In this document: piece after piece, positions 1 to 6,885 of the stretch
Position numbering within the stretch: the stretch's first letter is position 1
How the letters are laid out: each line of letters starts with the position of its first letter
From: a virus
Taxonomy: Duplodnaviria; Heunggongvirae; Uroviricota; Caudoviricetes
Strand: one strand, 5' to 3'
Virus record (IMG/VR): IMGVR_UViG_2698536485_000014
Length of the DNA stretch: 13,543 nucleotides
Position numbers and translations under genes: made by a program
Notes under the pieces: model-generated
Database searches by the model: none
Seen by the model: only the letters and a program-made list of their open reading frames with translations
Told to the model about the DNA's origin: nothing

Positions 1-252
1 CACGAAAGGCACTCCCCCGAATCAGTTCAGGCTGCGGTCACATCAGCGGGGAAATACCTTTCGGGATAGCTACCCACACAGAAAACCCGCAAAAGAAAAC
101 TGTGTGGATAACTAGCCCAATAGGAGAATTAATCGACCACTCAACGATGATCAGGGTAGTGTTATTTATAAGGCGGCACCGCTACCTGGTCGCCTTTACT
201 TTGGAGGAAAATACGGCAAATCACTTTCACCATTGATTTACGGTATATGTAT

Positions 253-281
253 ATTATATCAGTATTCTCTCAAATTGTCAA
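253..281 (-). promoter_or_regulatory. Consensus sigma70-type promoter firing leftward
   Basis: Reverse complement of 253-281 reads TTGACA, a 17-nt spacer, then TATAAT: both hexamers perfect with optimal spacing. Downstream on the minus strand (1-245) there is no ORF in the window, so the target is an sRNA or a gene beyond the left edge. Confidence 0.4.
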
Positions 282-590
282 CACCCTTATTATATAAATT
301 CTAATAATTAGCGTGGTAACGGTATTTTCAGACCTCTATCAATCCCATCAATACGTCACCCCCACCCTTTAGATGCATACATCCGACCTACTTTGTAGGC
401 TTGGCGTACTGCCAAGGTCGCAGCTATGCGACTCATATCTATCACCACTTTATAAAGCTTGATAGATATCTTTTGATCAATATCAATGTTTTCCGGGGAT
501 TTACCCGGCTATAGTTCGAATCAAGGAAGGGGAGCATTGATAGCACCCCAACCGAACAAACAAATCAACTTCTCGCAAAAGGTGATAGTT

Positions 591-713
591 ATGGGTATCA
601 AGAACAGTGCCAGCGCATGGCAAAAGGCCAGGTTTCATCACCCACACATTATTAAGGCAATTGAGGTGGTTGGAGTGTTAGCCCTGATGTTAGCTCTGTG
701 TGTGGAGGTGTGA
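591..713 (+). CDS. Small hydrophobic peptide (40 aa), possible membrane peptide
   Basis: ATG at 591 lies in frame inside the 486..713 track ORF and is preceded by an AAGGTGA Shine-Dalgarno. The C-terminal half is hydrophobic (AIEVVGVLALMLALCVEV). A 15-nt box TCAACTTCTCGCAAA sits 11 nt upstream of the ATG, as at the 1133 gene. Short ORF, may be non-coding. Confidence 0.3.
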   Translation: MGIKNSASAWQKARFHHPHIIKAIEVVGVLALMLALCVEV

Positions 714-814
714 GATGGGCAAAGGAGGCAAAGCATTTTTAATAAGTCTGGCTATCCTGGATGTTCTACTAATCATGATTGAGCGGAGTTTATGAACAGC
801 ATTGAGAGGAGTTT

Positions 815-1075
815 ATGACGGGGGCTAAAGATATCAGGAGACTGAGGGAAGAGCTGATAGCTGAAATTAAAGCTAAGGCAAAGCAAATGGAGATAGCCGC
901 ACAAATGGATGTAGCGGAGCAGATGTACAAGATGGTTGAGGAGGGAACACCACGACAGGTTATCGCTAAAACCTTCGGTGTGGGGATCGCCACCGTGCAT
1001 AGAAGGCTGAAAGCCTATGCCGACTACCACAATATCGAGAGAAAGGAGGATGGGAGATTCAGGAAAGCTAAATGA
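815..1075 (+). CDS. Small DNA-binding protein with C-terminal helix-turn-helix (86 aa)
   Basis: AGGAG Shine-Dalgarno before ATG 815. Charged coiled-coil-like N-terminus followed by a motif (TPRQVIAKTFGVGIATVHRRLKAY) typical of resolvase/TerS/sigma-type HTH. An 8-codon uORF (792..818) overlaps the start codon via ATGA. Confidence 0.6.
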   Translation: MTGAKDIRRLREELIAEIKAKAKQMEIAAQMDVAEQMYKMVEEGTPRQVIAKTFGVGIATVHRRLKAYADYHNIERKEDGRFRKAK

Positions 1076-1132
1076 TGTAAACGGTCCAACAGGTTATTAA
1101 CTAAACTCAACTTCTCGCAAAGGGGTACCACT

Positions 1133-1720
1133 ATGAACATTAAAACTATCATTGCAGTCATCACTATTGCCTTTAGTGCCAACACCGCAGCTATTGATGT
1201 AGGGGCCGTAAAAGATGCATCTTGTGCTGATAAACTGGCGGCACTTAATGCGGGATTCGATGCACCCCAGGGCTATCAAATGGGGCTATCTCTTAAAAAT
1301 ATTATTCTCCCTATGGAATCTGGCGCTTATGTATACGGAGCGATAGGAAAACTGGAGAAGCCGGAAATTGACCTGCAGGGTGTGAGAGCGAAGATCACAA
1401 AAAGAAATGAAAGCCTTTGTGATGTAGCTGAAATAGCTTTCATATCAGACGATGAAAAATCTATTTTAGCCTTTTGCAAAGATAGCGATGATAATGATCG
1501 CTTCTTTAAGATCACCCACAACAGGCCAATCTCTTTCTACTCTAATGCCACTATGGGCGCGGGTATGCAGTGGCTGAAGAGAGCTAAAGTAACTGAGATC
1601 GACATTGAAAAAGAGGCCAATGCAGGCAGTTATGGATTCTGGAAAGGCTGGACTAAATACACGTTCCAACAATGCGGCATCGATAGTCAGGCCTACGACA
1701 ACGGATTTTGGTTTTTCTAA
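1133..1720 (+). CDS. Secreted/periplasmic protein of unknown function (195 aa), moron-like
   Basis: N-terminus MNIKTIIAVITIAFSANTAA has a classic Sec signal peptide shape (basic residue, hydrophobic core, small-residue cleavage region). Four cysteines in the mature part; aromatic C-terminus (FWFF). GGGG Shine-Dalgarno at 1122-1125; terminator 22 nt downstream. Confidence 0.7.
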   Translation: MNIKTIIAVITIAFSANTAAIDVGAVKDASCADKLAALNAGFDAPQGYQMGLSLKNIILPMESGAYVYGAIGKLEKPEIDLQGVRAKITKRNESLCDVAEIAFISDDEKSILAFCKDSDDNDRFFKITHNRPISFYSNATMGAGMQWLKRAKVTEIDIEKEANAGSYGFWKGWTKYTFQQCGIDSQAYDNGFWFF

Positions 1721-1741
1721 CCTGCTAAGTTAATCCCACCA

Positions 1742-1768
1742 GGGGGCCATCACGGCCCCTTTTTATTT
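1742..1768 (+). terminator. Rho-independent terminator after the 1133..1720 gene
   Basis: Stem GGGGCC (1743-1748), loop ATCAC, stem GGCCCC (1754-1759), followed by TTTTTATTT. Confidence 0.6.
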
Positions 1769-1842
1769 GCCTCTTTGAATTACCCCCTATTTACACTCCT
1801 TTCAGTCCTGATCATCACTCCCTACGGTCATGAGCAATTAAC

Positions 1843-1889
1843 CCCTATTTAAGGGGTATTTAATGGGTATTTAATGCCTATTTATTGAT
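1843..1889. repeat. Four tandem 11-bp AT-rich repeats
   Basis: TATTTAA/TATTTAAT/TATTTAAT/TATTTATT begin at 1846, 1857, 1868 and 1879, an exact 11-bp period. The first unit is embedded in the hairpin CCCCTATTTAAGGGG. Confidence 0.5.
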
Positions 1890-1965
1890 TTAATCCGTTT
1901 TATGCCACAACCGCCCGGTTGACAGAGTAAGAGAGAGGGTGTAACCCTTTTTCGTAACACCAATA

Positions 1966-1981
1966 AAATCAATAAGTTAGC
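1966..1981. repeat. 16-bp exact direct repeat, left copy (AAATCAATAAGTTAGC)
   Basis: Identical 16-mer at 1966-1981 and 9620-9635, with 17 of 18 identity when extended. Rough chance expectation for a 16-mer pair in 13.5 kb is about 0.02. Confidence 0.45.
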
Positions 1982-2356
1982 TTAATAAGCCTTTTCTCTA
2001 TTTTTGTCAAATTTAACATACCCTCAAAAACTGCAAAATCTGGCTGCAAGATTATCTGCAGCTGGATTTCTTACACCTCATTTTGTGGTATCACCCTGAC
2101 TAGTTTGTGCATAAAATGAACAGTTTTTAACATTTCCTCTTCACCTGGTAACCACACAAAAAGCTAAAAACGAGGCACAGATAATCTTAGAGGCCTGTTT
2201 TCTTGTTATCACTCTGGAAACGTCGTAGAAGTGATTTTGATGAAAGATGACCTACCCTATTACACCCCCATTTTTTGTTATCACAATTGCATCCTGTGCG
2301 GTATATGGCTGTGTGCTGAAAGCGGTCTTGGGTGTGGGTGTCAGAAATATCCATTA

Positions 2357-2372
2357 GCGGTATTAATACCCG
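2357..2372. promoter_or_regulatory. Isolated palindrome GGTATTAATACC, related to the CGGTA...TACCG family
   Basis: Perfect 12-bp palindrome at 2359-2370 inside GCGGTATTAATACCCG, with the same half-sites as the array at 3300-3490 but a 1-nt shorter centre. Confidence 0.3.
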
Positions 2373-3157
2373 TCAGATGTTCGTCTGAGGTGCCAGGCAG
2401 GCGCTCCCCCACCTCCCTTTTTTCTTCTAACAATTCTCAAATATCACACCACTGCCCACCACGTTGCTATTATGTTAATTCTTAAGCTTTGCTGTATGTT
2501 GTGCACATTATTTATTCAGGTGCATGTACGTAAATTCTGGGCCTCCTTATCATGATTTTTAAATCAGATTTTGTAGTTCGGTTTCTTAGTGTAGATAAGA
2601 TCTATTATGTTAAATGCAATTTTCCCAACCCTTCAAATCAATGACTTACATGTAAGCATGCACTAACACCCCACACAGCACATTAGACGTGTAGATGTCT
2701 ATATCCCACATTTTTGATTGTTTTGTAGTCATTCCCCTGATCATTTAACCAGTATAGTTTGCTCTCTGCAGACCACAAAATCGGAATTTACATCTGATTA
2801 ACATAATCTGTTAGCATGATCACCATTACCCACACAACAATAACCCCATGCAAGCCTCTTTAGGCAATTTATCGGCGTGTTGGTGTGAACAGTCTTTCAT
2901 GTTCTTTATGTATTCATGACTGCAAGGAATGTATTCATTGTCCTGTGTGAGGGAAGGCTGGACTGCTCCAGGGGCCATAGTTATGATGCCCGGTCAACAT
3001 AGCTGTTGATAAAATCAACGGGTGTTGGCCTGCATATTTCCCACACATGAGAGGAAATCAAAGCAAAGAGAGAGGAGAGAGGTTTGCTAGACGATCAGGA
3101 CTATACAGAGTCAAAATCAAGTCACATTAGAGTCAAATCAGATGCAATCAATCCCCC

Positions 3158-3218
3158 ACCTGTTGGGATTTCCCACATGTTCAACCATACACAGGAGCTA
3201 ACCTGTTGGGATTTCCTA
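3158..3218. repeat. Two 18-bp direct repeats (ACCTGTTGGGATTTCCCA / ...CCTA)
   Basis: 3158-3175 and 3201-3218 match at 17 of 18 positions, 43 bp apart. Confidence 0.5.
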
Positions 3219-3235
3219 CACCTCTTGCACATACC

Positions 3236-3490
3236 CCGGAAGATTTTTCCGGTGTCTCCAACCTGTGAAGAATTTTCACACCTGTAAATCCATACAGCAC
3301 GGTAAAAACTACCGCACAACCTGTCAAAATATTTTACTACTCCCTTTAGTCATACCCCTTTCAGTCATACTCAGGCACCACACCCCGGTAAATATTACCG
3401 TACTCAGGCAGATATAAAGGGGCTAACCACGGCAAATATTTCCCTACTACCTCGGTAAATATTTCCGGTGTACCCCGGTAAAAATTACCG
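3236..3490. promoter_or_regulatory. Phased array of 15-bp palindromic sites (iteron/operator-like)
   Basis: CGGTAAAAACTACCG (3300-3314), CGGTAAATATTACCG (3386-3400), degenerate CGGCAAATATTTCCC (3430-3444), CGGTAAATATTTCCGG (3453-3468), CGGTAAAAATTACCG (3476-3490). Related palindromes CCGGAAGATTTTTCCGG (3236-3252) and GTGAAGAATTTTCAC (3265-3279). Centre-to-centre spacings are 86, 44, 23.5 and 22.5 bp, roughly multiples of two helical turns. Confidence 0.55.
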
Positions 3491-3519
3491 CCTAATAGAT
3501 AAAGTAATAGACCACACAA

Positions 3520-4060
3520 TAGATCCCCCCCTAACCCCCAAGGGGAATGGGGAGGGATCAGAGAGTGGGGAAGGTTTTCTAAGGGAAAAGCTTAACCCAC
3601 AAATGAAAGCCTAAAGAGCATGAGCGACTCTTTAGGCAATCTGTGTGTGGGGGGGGTGACAATGTATTCCATACATGACACGTCACCCAATTGTGTGTGG
3701 GAGTGCCTACGGCACCTTAGCCCATGGCTAAGCCCTTCGGGTCTGTGTGGGTCCGGCGAATGCGTCAGCATGAGGCCCACAATGTGGACCGCTGCCGAAA
3801 GCTTGCCAGCGCCGGAAGGAGGCAGCAAAGAGTCTCCCGCGCTCATGTGTGGGCGTATACGTAAGATATACACTCATAAATCGAAAATAAGCCCCCTAAA
3901 TGGCCTTCTGGCTGCATTAACCTGTGTGAGTAGTGAATTGCATTACCTGATGCTTAAATCGCGTTAGAATCGATTTTAGAGCGCTTAAGGCAAAAAGTGC
4001 CCTCCCTTGTGGGCTTGCTTGTGTCTGCTGTGCAGGCTATGGCACCTATAGCACACCTAA
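3520..4060. other. GC-rich, hairpin-dense non-coding segment; candidate structured RNA or protein-binding array
   Basis: No credible ORF. Perfect 10-bp stem GCCTAAAGAG/CTCTTTAGGC (3609-3637); nested hairpin 3654-3688; GTGCC-TAC-GGCAC (3703-3715); CTTAGCC-CAT-GGCTAAG; a C(TTCG)G tetraloop; GAAA loops. Boxes TGTGTGGG at 3643, 3692, 3744 and 3846, with degenerate copies at 3923 and 4007. Confidence 0.3.
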
Positions 4061-4076
4061 ATGATAATAATTCTCA

Positions 4077-4105
4077 TTGACAATTGGTTGACAATATGAT
4101 AAGAT
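4077..4105 (+). promoter_or_regulatory. Possible sigma70 promoter for the small membrane ORF
   Basis: TTGACA (4077-4082), 17-nt spacer, TAAGAT (4100-4105). A second TTGACA at 4088-4093 lacks a good -10. Confidence 0.3.
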
Positions 4106-4140
4106 TATAAATAGGGGGAGAAACAGATCCGGAGGTCAAT

Positions 4141-4290
4141 GTGGAAATTACAGATGCAATAGCGATCATCAACCTGGCTGTACTGTGGTGCGGTGTTGCC
4201 TACATAGCCGGAGTAACTGCAATCGACAATCTTGAAGAAAAAATGATAGATAAATACAAAAAGATTGTTGACAATTTGACGAATGTCTGA
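4141..4290 (+). CDS. Small membrane protein (49 aa, GTG start), hypothetical
   Basis: GGAGG Shine-Dalgarno at 4131-4135, 5 nt before GTG 4141. The product VEITDAIAIINLAVLWCGVAYIAGVTAIDNLEEKMIDKYKKIVDNLTNV contains one predicted transmembrane helix. Not in the ORF track because it is under 60 aa. Confidence 0.3.
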   Translation: MEITDAIAIINLAVLWCGVAYIAGVTAIDNLEEKMIDKYKKIVDNLTNV

Positions 4291-4296
4291 TAAAAT
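4268..4296 (+). promoter_or_regulatory. sigma70-type promoter upstream of the plus-strand gene module
   Basis: TTGACA (4268-4273), 17-nt spacer, TAAAAT (4291-4296). Predicted start near 4303, about 120 nt before ATG 4423. Confidence 0.5.
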
Positions 4297-4422
4297 ATAA
4301 AGCATAGGGTAATTCTCATCATAGTGAATTTCCTTTAGTAGACTGGCGGGGGCTTGTCTTAAGTTCCCGTTTCTTTTTAACCATATATCGCACAGGTTAG
4401 TGAGCTGACAGGAGATTGAATC

Positions 4423-4638
4423 ATGGCTAAAACCGGACCGATAAGCCAGCTAGTAAACTGGACTACTGACGAAATCGTCGAGAACGTGCTTAAAGGTAAC
4501 TTTCGAAAAACTTCCGTTTATGCATTTATTCGTAAACACAAAGGAGAATATCCACACATTGAAGCGGCAATTTTAGAACTGAACCGTCTCCGCATCGAGC
4601 GTGAGCTGGCTAAATACACCAACAACATTAATAAATAA
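4423..4638 (+). CDS. Small basic protein (71 aa), possible regulator
   Basis: AGGAG Shine-Dalgarno 8 nt before ATG 4423. First gene of a compact co-directional cluster. No recognisable family by eye. Confidence 0.55.
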   Translation: MAKTGPISQLVNWTTDEIVENVLKGNFRKTSVYAFIRKHKGEYPHIEAAILELNRLRIERELAKYTNNINK

Positions 4639-4651
4639 TTATGGGGGAACT

Positions 4652-5518
4652 ATGGCAAACAACTATGGGGAAAATTTTACTCCCCTTTTTAAACGTTTCA
4701 TCAAATACATTTTTAAAAATCCGATTGCAAAAACTACAACCAATAAAGAAAGATTTCACTTAAATTTGTTGGAAATGGCAATTTACGGTGAAATGGCAAG
4801 TTTCCATTTAAACGGTAAAGAAATATTTATCTCTGAGCAAACCTTAGCAGATGATTATGATGCCACAGAAAAAACAGTAAGGTCGGCTATCAAAACATTA
4901 GAGGCTGCAGGACTAATATTTGTAAAACGGAGCAGAGGTAAGTCTAATCATTACAAACTACTTATTACTCCTGATCAGCTTGGCAAGATGTGTGATGAGC
5001 AGGGTATTAAAACCTCCGCAAGTGTGGGATACAGCAAAGAGGCCTCCGATAATCAACAGGAAGCCCCAAAACAAGCCACACAGCAGCCTGAAAAGCCCGA
5101 GGCAATGCAATCCCCTTCCCAACCTAAAAAAGAACGCAGAGAACGCCGTAGAGACGCTGGCAAACGTGAAATAGATGAGCACGGTTATCCGATTCTGACA
5201 AGCGATGAAATGAATGCTAGATATAAAGTAATTCAGGCCGCATTTAAAGATCAGAAGAGAATTAAATTATCTGAATTGCGTGATACATTTTACGGGCCGG
5301 AGGTGATGGATAAAATTAAAGGCACTATTCCCGATAAAATCTGGAAAGAGAAAGATTATTGGCACCTGACAGAGCAGGCCCTTAAGGTGGCTCAACATGT
5401 GGTTAAAAGAGGCAAAACAATTACCCTTGATTCTATTAGTCATGGCTATGATGCACCGAAAGAAAGATTGTGGAACAACTGCAAGCTTGTAAATGGTGAA
5501 TTGACAATTACAAAATAA
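4652..5518 (+). CDS. Winged-helix DNA-binding protein (289 aa), possible replication initiator or organiser
   Basis: GGGGGA Shine-Dalgarno before ATG 4652; the track ORF 4601..5518 begins at an upstream GTG with no Shine-Dalgarno. N-terminal wHTH-like segment (ISEQTLADDYDATEKTVRSAIKTLEAAGLIFVKRSRGK), a low-complexity Q/P/E/K-rich linker, then a C-terminal domain. Architecture resembles iteron-binding initiators such as lambda O; this is an inference. Confidence 0.6.
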   Translation: MANNYGENFTPLFKRFIKYIFKNPIAKTTTNKERFHLNLLEMAIYGEMASFHLNGKEIFISEQTLADDYDATEKTVRSAIKTLEAAGLIFVKRSRGKSNHYKLLITPDQLGKMCDEQGIKTSASVGYSKEASDNQQEAPKQATQQPEKPEAMQSPSQPKKERRERRRDAGKREIDEHGYPILTSDEMNARYKVIQAAFKDQKRIKLSELRDTFYGPEVMDKIKGTIPDKIWKEKDYWHLTEQALKVAQHVVKRGKTITLDSISHGYDAPKERLWNNCKLVNGELTITK

Positions 5519-5557
5519 ATATTCTTATTTTTTACAGTATTCTAAAGGAAATTTAAA

Positions 5558-5704
5558 ATGTATGGCGATTTTGATTATTACCTGGAAAAGGAAAAATATT
5601 TTGAAGATGAACTATCACAACATTTTTCATATTGGGAAGAATATTGTGGTTGGTTAGCTGAAGATCCAGCAGATGAAGAAAATGATTCTGACATCCCTTA
5701 TTAA
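5558..5704 (+). CDS. Small acidic protein (48 aa), hypothetical
   Basis: AAGGAA Shine-Dalgarno before ATG 5558. Product MYGDFDYYLEKEKYFEDELSQHFSYWEEYCGWLAEDPADEENDSDIPY is strongly acidic and aromatic. Below the ORF-track size cut-off. Confidence 0.35.
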   Translation: MYGDFDYYLEKEKYFEDELSQHFSYWEEYCGWLAEDPADEENDSDIPY

Positions 5705-5808
5705 TTAATATCCCCTGTTATCCCCAAATAAACTAAATAAACTAATTACATATAGAACTAGAACTAGATTGATTTCTCTTTAATGTTAAATTGACTGGAG
5801 AATTAATC

Positions 5809-6294
5809 ATGTTCAAATCTGATCTTTCTGATTCCCAATTTGAAAAACTGGTAGCACTGCAGAAATATCTCCCCAGTGATGATCAACCAACACGACAGGC
5901 TAAGCACTTATTAGTCGAGGGCTTTACCCCTGAATTCGTGGCGGAATACACAGGCGTTAAACTTGAGAAAGTCCAAAAACTATATAATGAGTCCTGGAAT
6001 CCACGGTGTAGAGTTCCCCTCAGTGTCTACAACGAAATAGATAGAGATAGAAATGTCTTCGAAGATCGCCGCCGCAAATCTCTTTTAATGTGGAATTGCG
6101 GGATGAATATTGAAGAGATAGCAAAAGAATTAAAAGTAACCTGCTTTCATATCTGGGGCTTGTTGAGTGAAATCCTGCCACGTAAGGAGCTTAATCAACG
6201 TTTGCCTAAGCCCGGTAGTCGTGCTTATCGCGAATTTATATTCATCTACCGCCGCCATAGCAATAAAGTCCGGAAAGCAATGCAGCGCAAATAG
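5809..6294 (+). CDS. Hypothetical protein (161 aa) with two HTH-like segments
   Basis: GGAG Shine-Dalgarno before ATG 5809; the track start 5791 is a TTG. Segments FTPEFVAEYTGVKLEKVQKLY and GMNIEEIAKELKVTCFHIWGLL look like helix-turn-helix motifs. Basic C-terminus. Confidence 0.55.
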   Translation: MFKSDLSDSQFEKLVALQKYLPSDDQPTRQAKHLLVEGFTPEFVAEYTGVKLEKVQKLYNESWNPRCRVPLSVYNEIDRDRNVFEDRRRKSLLMWNCGMNIEEIAKELKVTCFHIWGLLSEILPRKELNQRLPKPGSRAYREFIFIYRRHSNKVRKAMQRK

Positions 6295-6336
6295 CTTATA
6301 GCCTTCACATATGCCGCAAGTTATTGATTCTGCCGT

Positions 6337-6352
6337 CCGGTAAATATGCCGG
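6337..6352. promoter_or_regulatory. Extra copy of the palindromic operator (CCGGTAAATATGCCGG)
   Basis: Same CGGTAAATAT core as the array at 3300-3490, placed 31 nt upstream of ATG 6383 in the gap between two genes. Confidence 0.4.
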
Positions 6353-6382
6353 ATGGCTCATATAAATTTTAAGGAATTCCAA

Positions 6383-6826
6383 ATGTCTCAAATCGCTAAA
6401 TTACTATCCCAGGTTATCAAAGCTTTCGACGCTGAAGATTCAAAAGTTCGCCAGGATCTTTTAGATGGCAAGTTTACCAACACCCTGGCATTTACCCGTG
6501 ACAAAGAGCACTTCTTAAAACACAGACACCACGCTTTTGCTGAATGCAAGTCCGCTAATGGTGATGTTTTCTATGTCGATTTGGTGGTTATGGCATGTAG
6601 GCTGTGGATGATTCAGGACCTTATGCGCCAACACGGTGATGATCCTCTTATCAGCATGTGGAACAGCGCCCAGGATGGCTTTGTGATTGCTGCCTTATCC
6701 AAATCAATGATTGAGGCAGAAGGGGCAAGCCTTCAGAACATGGCAGATCTCTTTGAAATAAGCGTAGGAATGATGCAGACCATGCTCCAAGCTGTCAAAC
6801 CTCTCAAACTGGTTAATCTTGATTAA
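6383..6826 (+). CDS. Hypothetical protein (147 aa), predicted mainly helical
   Basis: AAGGA Shine-Dalgarno 7 nt before ATG 6383; the track start 6353 lacks a Shine-Dalgarno and overlaps the operator. Composition is rich in A, L, M, Q, K and E, unlike a beta-rich tail tube protein. Confidence 0.55.
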   Translation: MSQIAKLLSQVIKAFDAEDSKVRQDLLDGKFTNTLAFTRDKEHFLKHRHHAFAECKSANGDVFYVDLVVMACRLWMIQDLMRQHGDDPLISMWNSAQDGFVIAALSKSMIEAEGASLQNMADLFEISVGMMQTMLQAVKPLKLVNLD

Positions 6827-6885
6827 GCTATTGATAAATAAGCACTCCCCATTTTTGGGGGGTGCATCAATGAGAGGATATGCCT

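Noticed and set aside
505-525. tRNA-like T-loop motif GTTCGAATC (514-522)
   Set aside because: Flanking bases do not form a T-stem or acceptor stem, and no cloverleaf can be drawn.
2231-2485. 84-aa plus-strand track ORF in the noncoding block
   Set aside because: No Shine-Dalgarno, Cys/His-rich implausible translation, and it overlaps repeats and palindromes; treated as non-coding.
3084-3319. Overlapping 67-aa (+) and 65-aa (-) track ORFs
   Set aside because: They cover the direct repeats and palindromes of the operator region on both strands; no Shine-Dalgarno and an odd composition.
3592-3967. Overlapping 93-aa (-) and 115-aa (+) track ORFs in the GC-rich segment
   Set aside because: Both run through perfect long hairpins and the TGTGTGGG boxes, and the translations are Cys/Trp/His-rich; an RNA or DNA-structure explanation fits better.
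3640-4015. TGTGTGGG boxes as a CRISPR array
   Set aside because: Units are only 8-10 bp, irregularly spaced, and have no conserved repeats of 24 bp or more.
1770-4420. Group II intron or retron in the noncoding block
   Set aside because: No reverse transcriptase ORF anywhere in the window and no recognisable domain V or msr/msd-type inverted repeats flanking a G-rich stem.
4601-4651. Upstream GTG start for the 289-aa gene, overlapping the 71-aa gene
   Set aside because: No Shine-Dalgarno before the GTG, whereas ATG 4652 has one; the shorter start is preferred, though not certain.
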